Positions 29,626 to 44,520 of a stretch of 64,000 nucleotides of DNA are shown here, piece by piece. The DNA is from the human T2T-CHM13v2.0 reference genome, Homo sapiens, in assembly GCF_009914755.1 (NCBI RefSeq), contig NC_060926.1; one strand, given 5' to 3'. A program made the position numbers and the translations under genes. Position 1 is the first letter of the stretch. Each line of letters opens with the position of its first letter. A model generated the notes under the pieces. The model was not told the DNA's origin. It saw only the letters and a program-made list of their open reading frames with translations, and did not search any database.

Positions 29626-29840
29626 TGGGAGTGCCTGAAGGTTGGCTCTTATGTCCTTTTGACATACTACCATCTTTTTTCTTTTAACCACTTATTTTTT
29701 TGGCACTTTAAATTCTCCAGGTTCATCTTGTATTTTTCCTTGCCCCATCCCTAGACTCAGCATTTCGCTAAGGAGCCCTAGATCCCTTTTTTTTATGAAG
29801 AATGATGTGAGAAACTAAAATCTAGGCACTTACTATGCTC

Positions 29841-30385
29841 TGTATGAGTTTTCCATTGCAGCTTATACTACAAATATAGAGTGGTTTAAAGGACACAAAT
29901 TTATTATATAACAGTTTTAGAGGTTTGATGTGGGTTCTACTGGGCTGAAATCAAGGCATTGGCAGGACTGGTTTCTTTCTGTAGGATTGCTACGGGATCT
30001 GTTTCCTAGCCTTTTCTAGCTTCTAATGGATGCCTACATTCCTTGGCTTGTGGCCCCTTCTTCTGGCTTCAAAGCCAGCATTGGCTGGTTGAGTCCTTCT
30101 CACATCAGTACTAAGTCATCTTGTGCCTCCCTCTTCCACTTAAAAAAAATTTATTTTTAATTTTCATAGGTACATAGTAGGTATATATTTATGGGGTTTC
30201 TCTCCCACCTTTAATGACACTTATGATTACATTGGGCCCACTAGAATAATCTAGGCTAATCTCACTACCTTAAATTCGTCTGATTAGCAATCTTAATTCC
30301 CCTTTGCTGTATAACACAGTGCCTTCACAGTTCCAGGAATTAAGATGTGGACATCTTTTGGGGGATGATTATTCTGCCTACCATA
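29841..30385 (-). mobile_element. MLT1D-like MaLR solo LTR
   Basis: tgggctgaaatcaagg...cattccttggcttgtggcccc...gattacattgggccca...ctgattagcaatcttaattcc...attctgcctacca. Confidence 0.8.
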
Positions 30386-31853
30386 TGTTAATTGCTACTG
30401 GGATGTCTTTGATTATAGGTCCTCTCAGTGTGCAAAGCTAGGAATGTACTTAGGAATCAGTTTTGCAACAGGAAGAAATATCTCAGATAATAGCTCATTT
30501 AGAAAATTGGTCAAATTTCCAATCTCATATAATATGAAAGATGAGTTTGGTCTCTCTCATGTTAACATGAACCCCAAAATTGTAACATGACCAAGAAGCC
30601 TCATTGTCAAGCAAGAATTTTTACTGTCTGCATGTGTATATGATTATGTTTGTGGAGTCTAGTGAAATTTGTAGTACAAGTGGTTTCTCCATTTTTCTCC
30701 ACTTTTTGGTGTGTCAAGTTTGAAATTATATTTAGAATTAAGTTTGTTAGAGTATTATGTAATTATTACTTGCTCATATTTTATACTTTGATTTCTATCT
30801 TGTATTTTCAGCACAGTCACATTTGAAACCTAATGATACAGGCATACTACAACAGGATTGTTGCTGCAAAAATGTCATAAAATTACCTGTCATCAGAGTT
30901 TTTAAAAGCCTTCGTGGAAATTAATCATCTTAGAAGAGGGATGTGGAGAGCATTACCCAGTTTGTAATGTGAGTTCAGAAAAGATAGATCTTCCTTAACT
31001 TTATCTATCCAGCATTTAGCACCCTAATAAAAGTTGAAATTCTGAAAAGTATAACTACTTGTTACTTAACTCCCTGATTTATTTGTATAACTACTATTAA
31101 TTATGGACAGATCCATACTCAGTAAATACAGTATTTTCTTATGATCTTTGTGATAAAAGTTTATATAAAATTTGCATCTGTTCCTATTGTTCATTCTCAT
31201 TTAATAGAGGCCTATGGGTAGCATTTCTGTGGTTGCATCCACATCGTTTATTCAGGATTGAAAATAATGTCGAAGGAGCAGTTGTCTGTCTTTCTTCCGC
31301 CCTGCTTTTTCTTCTGGTGTCATATTCATAGTGCCATAGTAGATGCCATATTGAGTTACTACAAGGACAGCAGTGATAAATTTTACCCTATTGTTGAGAT
31401 TGAGTTATTAGAGCATTAGGTGAGTAGTGCTGATGTTTTCATTACTCAGTTAACTATATTCATCTACACTGAAATGAAAAAAAAAAGTTGTGAAAAGGCT
31501 TACTTTTTATTAAGAATGCATAATGCCAAAATACACATTCAAGTAAATGGTTATTTTTTTCTCCCCCTAGGCAACGCTAAAACTTGGTAAAAGGGAATGT
31601 AAGTCAAAACTAGGTTCTAAAATGATGAGATAGGTTTGGACAATAGAGTATGCCGAGGGATTATTTACAACTGCTTTGAGAAGGCGATGCTGATAACGTA
31701 AATGAGGTTTTAGAAAGAAGATGGTGGTAGTGGAGCTATGCCAGTATATATAGATTCTATCTTTATAAACCTGCCAGACTCCCAGCCCTCGTCTGAGAAA
31801 TTCAGGTTAAAGACAGAATATCCTGCAGTGGAAAAGTATGAAAAAGACAAATT

Positions 31854-32147
<294 letters not shown>

Positions 32148-32754
32148 AAAAAGACAAATTATATATGCTGATTTTAAAGATACAGGTTGCGCTATCATTA
32201 GCTCATAGAAATATGAAATAAATGTCATAAAAATGTGTTTTTTGAGGATCTTAACATTAAGAAAAATCTGAGTAACACTTTAAACATGGATACAATTTGC
32301 ATTGATGACAATCAAATGGAAAAAAACCCAAACCCCTTGCCAGGTATTCCTGTGATTTTTTTATCGGGAAAAAAAGAGAAAAACATTTAAGCTAAAAGAA
32401 GTAAAAAAGATTTAGAAACATTGGCTTGGAGTTTCTAGAAGATATGTAACAAAATATTAGAAAAGTTTTATAGCAAAACCTCATGGATATTGCTACCACT
32501 TCCATCCCACATGGGGAGCAAGAGGTATTCTCACTTGCAATGCAGAAATACATTCGACCTGTCAGTATTGTTCAGTCTAGAACATCCTTTACAAATATGA
32601 GACTCTGCAGGATTAGTAAACATTTAAGGAAAATGTTAAACAGTATCTAGTACTAAAAAATGGAAAATCTAATCTCTGACAAATAAATAATTCTCTAAGG
32701 AGAATATAAACTATGTGTAATTAATACCTGTGGAAAGATTCAAGTATCTATGCA

Positions 32755-32995
32755 GAGAGGTTGTTTAGTACCGTGATTTAAAAATATCAAGTCTGGTGTC
32801 AGACTGCCTGTGTTTAAAATCTGGTTTTACCACTTACCATGTCTTTAGCCCTCATGTCTCTCAGTTTCCTCATCCATAAAATAGGGATAATAATTTTACT
32901 TAATTCATAAGGTTGTCTTGAGAATTAATTGAATTAATGAAAAATGCTTGGAACAATATTGGACATATAGTAAGCACACAGTAAACCTTTTTATT
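32755..32995 (+). mobile_element. MIR
   Basis: tctggtgtcagactgcctg...ctcagtttcctcatccataaaatagggataata. Confidence 0.8.
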
Positions 32996-34123
32996 ATAAT
33001 TACACAATTTGTTCCTAAAAATGGCTGCTATGAAAAAGACCATTTGCAAATCTTGAAGATTAAGAATATGATTTTTGAAATAAACTAAATTAGTAGAACA
33101 GGTGTAGCTGACAAATTAGTTAGATGATCAAGCCAAGGGATTATCCTTAAAGTTGTCAAATGGCAAAAGAAATGAAAAGTATGAGAGGAGAGATCCAGAA
33201 GTTTTAACATCTAACAGAACTTCCAGCTGAAAATATGAATGAAGAGAAAAAAATATATATTTTCTTAAACAGAAGGAATGTTTTCTATATTAAAGAAAGA
33301 TTCAAATATTGGAAGAGTTTATCAACTGCTGAGCAGAATTAATGAAAAAAGTTCCATACCTAGACTAACACTGATGAATTTCTATAAAACTATGGGTGAA
33401 GAGAAAATTATAAAAGCTTCCAGAGGAAAGAAATAAATTATCCGATTAGGAAAACTTAGTTATCTGTACAAATTTGTATAGCTAGATTTCTTACTAGCCA
33501 TATTCAATGATAGAAAACTATAGAAAATAGCTTTGATATTCTCAGTGGAAAATGATTTGGAACCGCAAAATGCTGTTTTTAGCCAAACTAGCCTCTAAAA
33601 TTGAGAACAAAACAAATACATTTCAGGAATGCAAAGACTCAAACATTTTTTAAAAGAAATTATTTTGAGGAGAACTAACAGAAAGACATAGGCAACAAGA
33701 AGAAATGATGAGCAAAGAAGCCCGCAAACTTATGGTCAAATCTAAATAATAATAAATGTTTCTGTCAAGTTTAAGGATTGTGTTAGTTATAATAATACAG
33801 TAATTATTATATAATTGCTGTTGCAGTAAAATAGTATTTTTTGCAACTGTTGGGTGATTTCTACAAATCTTATAAGAAAGGCAAGAGGAAAGCATATCCT
33901 TTTTAATACTATTACTATGTTAAGAAATTTAAATGTAAACTAAACTCTTTAATTAGTGATAGAATTGAGGGCATGCTTTTTTGTTTGGGGGTTATTATTT
34001 ATTAACCCAATGTTGATAGAATTAGATGTTTAAATACATTTGTCAAAAATGGAAGGGTGAAAAAATTTTAAGGGCGAATTCTAAAAGAAGAAAATGGGGT
34101 ATACAATTTCCAAACTACTACAA

Positions 34124-34699
34124 TAGGGGTCAACAAACTATTTCTTTTTTTCTTTTTCTTTTTTTTTTTTTTTTGAGATAGAGTCTTGCTCTGTCGCCCA
34201 GGCTGGAGTGCACTGGCGCGATCTGGGCTCACTGCAAGCTCCGCCTCCTGGTTTCATGCCATTCTCCTGCCTCAGCCTCCGGAATAGCTGGGGCAATAGA
34301 GACGGGGTTTCACCATGTTAGCCAGGATGGTCTCAATCTCCTGACCTTGTGATCCGCCCACCTCGGCCTTCCAAAGTGCTGGGATTATAGTCGTGAGCCA
34401 CCGTGACCGGCAACAAACTATTTCTGTAAGGGACTAGGTAATAAATATTTTAGGCTGTGGTCCATACTATCTCTGTTGTACCTATTTCCTCTGTCATGGT
34501 AACAATGAAGCAGCCATGGGCAATATACATAAACAAATGAGTATGGCTGAGTGCCAATAAAACCTTATTTATAAATAAACACTGAAATTTTAATTTCATG
34601 TAATTTTTTCATATCATAAAACATTCTTCTTGTGGGCCATATATACAAAGACAGGCAGCAGAGTGGATTTGGTCCATGGGCCATAGCTTGCTCCTTTCC
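34124..34699. mobile_element. MER58B (hAT-Charlie) split by AluY
   Basis: aggggtcaacaaacta...taaatattttaggct...gcagccatgggcaata...ccaataaaaccttattta...atttggtccatgggccatagcttgct. Confidence 0.85.
34146..34410 (-). mobile_element. AluY lacking its central linker, 15-bp TSD
   Basis: TSD caacaaactatttct at 34131-34145 and 34411-34425; about 45 nt missing near 34290. Confidence 0.92.
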
Positions 34700-34976
34700 A
34701 CATTAGAGAACAAAGGGAGGGAACAAAGGAAATTAATTTCAATTAAGACAGAAAATGGGAGAAAAATGGACCAGGGTAGGGGGAGCAAAAAACCACAAGG
34801 GAGTATAAGAAACAGGAAACATAAAATGAGCTATCAGGAAAAGAAAAAAAAATCCCAATAAATGTGAACAGCATAAACTTTTATCATAAAGACAAGAAAT
34901 TCTCAGGGTGTAGCCTAAATGATAACAGGTTATTAGATAATCAGGGTATATCTCTGCTGTAGAGCAGTGCTATTAA

Positions 34977-35423
<447 letters not shown>

Positions 35424-35600
35424 TAACTCATTGTATTTCACAAAACTCAGTTCATACAAGTTTGGAAAATTAAAAAGAGAAAACTGGTTTGAGAATTGCT
35501 ACAGAGAATACAATGCAGTTATTTATAAAATGAAGTAATTCCCTATGTATAGACATGGTCAATGAAATAAACACATTGTAGGACAGTGTAGAAGGTATGA

Positions 35601-35602
<2 letters not shown>

Positions 35603-35642
<40 letters not shown>
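35603..35642 (+). repeat. (GT)20 microsatellite
   Basis: Counted directly. Confidence 0.99.
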
Positions 35643-35645
<3 letters not shown>

Positions 35646-35732
35646 ACCAGTCTTAACTGGAACTAACATGTTTTTTAAAAGCACCAATCATGTATGTAAC
35701 AAATTTTCAAGGAGTGGAAAAATTCACATCAA

Positions 35733-36042
<310 letters not shown>

Positions 36043-36229
36043 TAATCATGATTACAAATAAGAGATTATGACTGGTAGAGTAGGATTGAGGGAAGTGGTG
36101 ATAAAGGAGTATTTTTATGTTTTAGTCTACTTAAATTTGTATTATTTGACTTTTTGTTATAGTACATGTATTTCTTTTATAATGCTTTTAAAATGTTTTA
36201 TTTAAATTAATAATCTCTTGGCCTTTCAA

Positions 36230-37670
36230 ATAATTGCCACTGGTCAATTGAATATCCATTCAGAAAACAAACAATTTTAACCTCTGCTTCACATAATCCA
36301 TAAAAATTCACTTGAAATGTATCAATCATGAACTAGTGAAAGCTAAAACAGTAAAGCTAATAGAAGAACACATGGAATAACATCCTAATGAGTTTGGGAT
36401 AGGCAGAGATTCCTTAAGCGGGACACAGAAAACACAAGTACATGGAGAAGAGTATATATTTATATTCTGTATATGTGTATGTGTGTGTGTCTGTGTTTAT
36501 ACCTGATGGACTTTATATCCTAAAAACTAAGAAAAAGACAAATCAATTAAAAAAATACACAAAAGGTTTGAAGAGGTACTTTACAATGAAGAAATCTGAA
36601 CGACTAATTTGAATATGAAAAGGTGCTCATTTGGCCAGGCGTGGTGGCTCATGCCTGTAATCCCAGCACTTTGGGAGGCCTAAGCAGGTGGATCACCTGA
36701 GGTCAGGAGTTTGAGACCAGCCTGGCCAACATGGCAAAACCCCGTCTCTACTAAAAATACAAAAATTAGCCGGGCATGGTGGCATGTGCCTGTAGTCCCA
36801 ACTACTCGAGGCTGAGGCTGGAGAATTGCTTGAACCCAGGAGACGGAGGTTGCAGTGAGCCGAGATCACACCACTGCACTCCAGCTTGGGTGACAGAGCA
36901 AGACTTTGTCTCAAAAAAAAAAAAAAAAAAAAAGGTGTCCAGCATTATTGTATAGGAAATGTGAATCACAACTACTACACATGAATTCTAATGGCTAAAA
37001 TGAAAAGAACTCCTAAGATTAAGTGTCGGGGAAAATATAGATAGAGCAATCTGAACGATCATACATTTTCAGTGGGAGTGGCAATTGGTATAATCACTTT
37101 GAAGAACTGGTGCTATCTACTGAAGCTGAACAGACATAAACCCTATGAGGCATCAGTTTCACTGCTGGTTATCTACTTAGCAGAAATGGGTGCTCAGGTT
37201 TAACGAAAGACAGGTACAAGATTATCTATATTAACTTTATTCCTAATATACAAGGAATCTTCATAAGAAGTATAAATAAACTGTATATTGGTCTACAGTG
37301 GTATATTTATATAATTGACACCAGCAGTTACATTGATACTGGCATTGCAAAGAAGAAAATACTGCCACACAACATGGATGAATCTCATAGACGAAATATT
37401 GAGCATAAGAAGCAAAATACATAAGAATATATACTGTGTGATTCTACTTATATGATTTGTGGTGTTAGAAGTTGGAGTATTGGTTTTCTTTTGGGAGGGG
37501 AAGTATTGACTGGAAATAGGACACATGGAAGCATTTGAGTATTTTAGAAATGTTCAATATCTTAGTTGGGTGATAGCCAGGCATATATGTATATGTGACA
37601 ATTTATTAAGCTCTCTACCTATATATACTTACTGTCCGCACACTTCACTGTAAGTTATACCTCTATAAAA
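36230..37670 (+). mobile_element. L1ME-like 3' region (interrupted by Alu)
   Basis: gaatatccattcagaaaa...aacatggatgaatctcatagac...atactgtgtgattctactta. Confidence 0.78.
36633..36933 (+). mobile_element. AluSx-like
   Basis: Full Alu with A tail; TSD aaaaggtg. Confidence 0.94.
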
Positions 37671-38516
37671 ATGTTTAAAAAACACCAACTCAGTCATTAC
37701 CCACTTATCTGAAATTCTGTCATTATTGTATACCAAATCCTTAACATATTCAAGGACTTTTATCTAAGTCTTGCATTCATTTCCATTCACCTATTTTTGC
37801 AGGTGTACTTTTGATTTAATCATTGTTGCTTCATAATACACTTGTTTAATGGTTCATGTCTTTCCTGCTTATTATTCTATTGCAAAGTTATCTTGAATAT
37901 TCTCACCTTTTTATTATTATAGATAATCTATAGCTTTATTTAATTTTTGGCTTTGTCAGCCAAATTCTCACACACCCTCATGCTATTGAAATTTTCACTG
38001 GAGATCATTGGCATCACTGGTTGAGTTCAAAAACATTGTATAATCTCTTCATCTCTTTCTAGTTAAGTAATTGTTTTCATGTGGCTCTTGCAAGTTAATT
38101 AGGTTTATTTCTGCACATTTTGGTTTTGCTGTTGTGAATAGGAACTCTTTTGTTACATTTTACAATCCTTGATGTAATATTCTTGATATTATTGTAACTT
38201 GTTAATTAATAATAGCTACCCATTGAACACTCTGTGCTAAATAATCTTATTTGTTTCTCTCATCAATCCCCCTCAGGTAGATACTGTTGCATTGTGCTCA
38301 TTTTATATTTGAGTCTGAAGGGTGAACAGCTGGCTTGTAGTGGTTTCACTCCAGAGCTATACTACTTACACACACTGCTCTGTGGGCCTAAGTGTCCTCA
38401 GATGAAGGACAGATGTGTGGGAGCGGGCAGTGTACAGTCATGTCCAATATTGGTGGATGAGACTGATATTATAGTGACTAGTAACTGGATGCTTATCAGC
38501 AAGACTTATACACTGA

Positions 38517-38955
<439 letters not shown>

Positions 38956-39215
38956 ATGTGTGTATTTAATCACTGGTAAATAATTTAATGATTATGTATA
39001 TGTATTATCAGGGTTCTGTTGTATTTATCAAATGATGATAGCTGTTGTCTTAGTTACGTTCTTTGTTTGCAAGGAACTGCCAGCTGAAATAATAAGAGTT
39101 TATTATTCCTCTATTCCTGCATGGCAGGAAGAGAGGTGGATTCTCATGGATATCCAAGAGGTGGATCCGTAGACTGGCTAGGACTTGTGGAGATTAAAAC
39201 TGTCTTTTGTTATGA

Positions 39216-39616
<401 letters not shown>

Positions 39617-40464
39617 TGACTGTATCCTACCAACTTGTCTGGTTTCTCTGTGGTCCTAGGTGAAATTTCTGAGGGGGAACATTTGGTTGGCCTAGGTATT
39701 TCCTGTGTTTGTCCATGCTCTTCATGCTTTGTGGGCTATTGGACAGACTATTGGATTGATTGCCTCAGTTAGGTATCTACTGTAGTAGTCTGGTCATTGT
39801 GGCTGGGGAGATGGCTGGTCATCTAAAACATGGCACATCTAGGGCTCTCTCTTCAAAGAGCAAGGGTGATTTGCCCTAGAGAAAAGGAATGTAGTCATAG
39901 TGTACACTCTGATTAATGTGTTTAGTACCATTGCACAATTTCCCTTTTCTTTTCAATGACATAGAAAGTGGCTAACATTGAAAATAGCAGTTGGATTTAG
40001 AGACTTGAGTGGTATCAGAAGGGAAATATTAAAGAGAATGCTTATATACTTGACGACAGTCTTTTGCTTACTGCTCTGTAAGCTGTCAGAACACATTCTT
40101 TTATCTCCTGTAGATATCTTGGTTAAAATATCTGTTTAGTTAGGATTGTTAAAATTTTGGATAAGTTAGTGATAAATACTAAGGAAAAATTCTTTCCTTA
40201 ATATTTTAATAGCTAGTTTTCGCTTGAAAAGATAATTTTGAGAATTTTGCAAACCTCAGGATTACCAAATCTCTTTTAGGATATTCTCTTATATATATGT
40301 TAGTTATTTAACCCAAGATCAGTGCTGAATTTATGCTATATCATGAAATGTTTACAATAATAAATAATATATAGTAAAACCAGAAAACTGAAATATTGTA
40401 TTCAATAATATGTGGATATTGGCAATAAAATTATAGGTAAATTTTATTGTTAAATTGATTCTAG

Positions 40465-40611
40465 GTTGGGCCATGCAGGCTGCTGCCTATATCTTCATTC
40501 ATAGGAAATGGAAGGATGACAAGAGCCATTTCGAAGACATGATTGATTACTTTTGTGATATTCACGAACCACTTCAACTCCTCATATTCCCAGAAGGGAC
40601 TGATCTCACAG
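40465..40611 (+). CDS. LCLAT1: LCLAT1 coding exon C (147 nt; GWAMQAAAYIFIHR...FPEGTDLT), motifs II and III
   Basis: Acceptor ttctAG at 40463-40464, donor CAG|gtaatg at 40612. Phase 1-1; contains the FPEGT motif. Confidence 0.97.
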
Positions 40612-40708
40612 GTAATGTAGCCTGGGTTTGGCAAAGTTAGAAATCATGTAGTCTAAACTTCTCATTTCTCAGATGAAGTAACTGAACACCAACAAGAATA
40701 ATGGCTCT

Positions 40709-40852
40709 TCCAGGTGTGGTGGTCCATCCCTGGAATCCTAGCTACTCAGGAGGCTGAGACTGGAAGATGGATTGAGTCCAGAAGTTTGAGACCAGCCTGA
40801 GCTACATAGCGAGACTTCATCTCAAAAAAACAAAACAAAACAAAACAGAAAA
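40709..40852 (+). mobile_element. FLAM monomer inside a MIR
   Basis: ccaggtgtggtgg...ttgagtccagaagtttgagaccagcctg followed by (CAAAA)n; flanks aatggctc / aatggctc. Confidence 0.85.
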
Positions 40853-41372
40853 ATTAATGGCTCATCCCTAAGGTCACTCAGTTAATCAATAGCATGTCAG
40901 GACTCAGAACTCTTGGTTTCTAGCCCATTGAATTTATAGTAGGCAACTCCAAGCGGTCATATTATTCATACTTGCCATCTTTGAACTTTATATTTTAAGC
41001 CTCAGAATATATTTTAAAATATCAGGCTTTTATCTTTATGTAAGTGTAATTTTAAAATCATGTTTTAGGTTAATGTTTATCCTCCCCTACCTGTTGTTTA
41101 TATTCTCTTATCCTCTTCTAAGGTATTTATTTATCCATTAGACCCTTCCTACTCCTCAGCGTCTTCCTCATAAGAAAAAGATCTGATAGTAACTAATTTC
41201 AGTTATTGTTGATTTACGTTAATAGGTTACCTTTCTCCTGATATTTAAGCCCTATCCTTGCTACAAGCAGGAATAGCTTTGCCCTTCTTCAAGAAAACTC
41301 AGCCATCATTGAGTTGTAGCAAGGACACAGGAAGACATGTTTATAACTTTTCGGCCTTCCTAAATATTAAAC

Positions 41373-41510
41373 TTTTTTTTTTTTTCTTTTTTGAGCCTGT
41401 CATCTAGGCTGGAGTGCAGTGGCATGATCATGGTTCACTACAGCCTTGAACTCCTGGGCTCAAGCTTATAGTGTCTGGGACTGCACCCGATACTACCACC
41501 ACACCTGGCT
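41373..41510 (-). mobile_element. AluJ right-arm fragment
   Basis: Poly-T followed by ggctggagtgcagtggcatgatcatgg...ctcctgggctcaagc. Confidence 0.8.
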
Positions 41511-41799
41511 ACCAGATTTTAAACCATATAGGCCAGGAATTGCCAATGGATTTCAAGAAAGTCTTAAAAAGACTGAAAACAAAATACTCAACAGTCTGTC
41601 ATCCTTACTAAATCAGTAGTTTTCACACTTTTTAAACCATGGATTATTTTTGCAGATGAAGCCTTCTATCAAGGATGTTAGATAATAAGATGGATAAAAG
41701 CAGAACTGCTCTGGTTGATACTGGGAGGGGTGATGGTGGGGGCATAGCTTAGACAGAAAGTATTTCTGTAGAATCTTTGGACTCAAAAGACTAAAATGT

Positions 41800-42260
41800 A
41801 CCTTTGATAGTCCCGATAACTTCAAGAGAAATACAGCAGAATTTGAGAAGGATTCAGTGGATCTTACAGCTCTGCTGTGTAAGGGAAGACAGGCTGAAGC
41901 AGGAGAGAACTGAAGTCTAAAATCTGTAGTAGTATGGGCAGGTAGAACATGAACTTAACTTTCAAATTTTTGGTAATAGACTAAGAAGGGCAACCCTTGG
42001 AATTTAAGAGAGGAGAACAGGTAAATAAACATACTATTCATACTGTGCACATAATAATTTATGGAACTCATTATTACAAAAGAGAGTTCAAGATGAAAAA
42101 TAGACATTACATACATATTTAAGCAAGTGAATAGGTGACTGAGCCATAATAGGTTGTTAAGGGAAATTAAGGTATTTTAGGATTTACTATAGGTAGCAAT
42201 GAAGGGATCTTTGACACATCTATTGCAGATGGAACTGAGCTAAATGAACGGTGGCACTTT
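41800..42260 (+). mobile_element. CR1/L3-class ancient LINE relic (CR1_Mam-like)
   Basis: aatttatggaactcatta...tgaaaaata...ccataataggttgttaagggaaa resembles the CR1 3' end; highly diverged. Confidence 0.45.
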
Positions 42261-43419
42261 TTTTATACTAGTCAGATCTCTAAAATGTATGCCAACTGTG
42301 TAGTATATTTTTGATTTTTTACAGTTGAGATTCTAGAAGTGGTTGGATCACAGAGGATAATACTGAGGATAATAATGGCTGCTTGTTGAAGCTTGAAAAT
42401 ATATTATTGTAAGTTGTAAGTTGATTTCCAGAACTAAATTATCATTAGGAAATTATAAGTGACAGGTGGCCATATTTAAATTTTATAATATTTAGAATGT
42501 ATAATACCTAAATTTTGATATTGAAATATCAGCTTTATTTAATAAATATAGAGTATAGAAAGCCATTCACTGAAATGATAGGTTTATATTTGTGAATGCG
42601 AAAATGTACACCAAAGAATGCCAACTTTGAAAGTTATTTGGTAAATAAAAACTAATGAAAGAAAGGTCATATGTTACTGCTACATTAGTGTTAATATGTT
42701 CATACATTAGACCTTCAGAGTCATAAAATGTATATGTAAAACTTTTTTCATTCTGTATTTGTTCTCAGGTTTCTTTTTGTAGGTGATGAACTCTCCATCT
42801 AGTTGCATAATTTTGGAGTCCATAGTGCTCACCATTACATGATGTAGTTGCATATATATTTTAAATGCAAATGATGTTTACCTTTGAAGCTAGACTTTGC
42901 CAAGGAGAAAAAACAGACTGATCCTGAAGTTTTAAACATTTTTTTAACAGTAGAATACAGATAATTTTATTGAGTTGGTAAAAAATCATTTTAAAAAATA
43001 GGCTAACAAAATATCTCCAGTTTGGAAAAAGTATCTGTTAATTAAAAGGTGTTTAGTTACTACCATACTTAACCTTAAACTGGGTTTTTCAGCCCAGTGA
43101 GACTGTTTTATAATTTAAGTCCTGAATCTAGCTTGCATGTACATTTAAATTAGTGCATTTAAATCTAACTTTACATATATTCTATCTTCATATTTTATTG
43201 TTGGTTATAACTTTTTAATGGAAGCAATATATGTTAATTTGGGAAAATTTGGAAACATAGAAGTATGCACAAAACTTGCTATAATCCCACTGCCCATAAG
43301 TGAACACTATTTTAATTTTGGTCCATTTCTTTTGAGTCATTTTGGTCACACACAGACATATGTGCACCCATACATATGTCTTCGTTATTCTTGGGTTAGG
43401 GAGTTCTATATTGTATTGG

Positions 43420-43853
43420 CATATTAGTTAGGGTTCTCTAGAGAAAGAGAACCAGTAGGATGTGTATATATAGAAAGAGGTTGAGATTTATTTTAAGGAA
43501 TTGGCTCTTACAGTTGTGGAGGTTTGGTAAGTCCACGATCTGTAGGGTAGGGTGGCAGAGTGGAGATCCCGGGAAGTAGTCGAAGTTCAAGGCCAAAGGC
43601 AGTCTAGAGGCAGAATTCTTTCTTCCTTGTTGGGGAGAGGAGGGCACTTCTGTCTTTTTCTGTTAAGGTCTTCATTCACCTGATTTGATGGGGCCTACTC
43701 CCATTGTGGAGGGTCATCTGCTGTACTCAGTCTACTAATTTAAATATTAGTCTCTTCTAAAAAATACCTTCCCAGAAACATCTAGAATAATATTTGATGA
43801 GATACCTGAGTATCGTGGCCTATTAAAGTTGACATATAAAATTAGCCATCACA
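43420..43853 (-). mobile_element. MLT2 (ERVL) solo LTR
   Basis: attagttagggttctctagaga...aggaattggctc...aagttgacatataaaattagccatcaca; 5-bp TSD attgg/attag. Confidence 0.87.
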
Positions 43854-43959
43854 ATTAGTATGTGATAATTTTGAGTTCCATTTCCCTGATTTGGAAAGAT
43901 TCTAACAATTATGTTATTGCATATAACATAACACCTATATACATAAAACTTATTCTTTT

Positions 43960-44520
43960 TAATACATATATGAGTGCCTGGATCTTTATCCCTACTCTCA
44001 CGAAGTTTACGTTCTGTGAGGAAAGACAGATGATAAACTAATAAGTTAATAAAAATATGTCAGTCATAAGTGCTATGCAGAAAAATAAGGCAGGATAAGG
44101 AGAGAGAGAGAGTCATAGAAGGGGTGTAGGGTGCTGTTTTGTTTAAGGTGGTTAGGGAAAGCCTCTCTGTTAAGTTTCTGTTTAAGTAGGGACTAAATGA
44201 ACAAAGCAGAAAAGCGTGCAGCTGTATGGGTGAAAGGCATTCTGGGTGAAGGGAGGAGCAGCAACTGCACCGATCCTGAGGTGGGAACATGCCCAGCTGG
44301 TTTGAGAATAGCTGCTAGTAGTCCCATGGGCGGAAGGAGTGTAGGAGTGGGAGAATTACAGGGAGTAACGTGACAAGACAGGAGGCTGTGGTCAGAAAGT
44401 GGGATGCTAGTGCAATAACAGAGTCTGGGGATGAGTAGATGAAGTAGGGGGTAGATGGAAAAGTCTACATCTCTAATCTCTCTGTATTTCTGATCATTTT
44501 TACCGTCCCACATTGTGACT
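43960..44520 (-). mobile_element. L2a fragment
   Basis: gataagtgctatg-like...gtggttagggaaagcctctctg...ctgaggtgggaacatgc. Confidence 0.75.
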
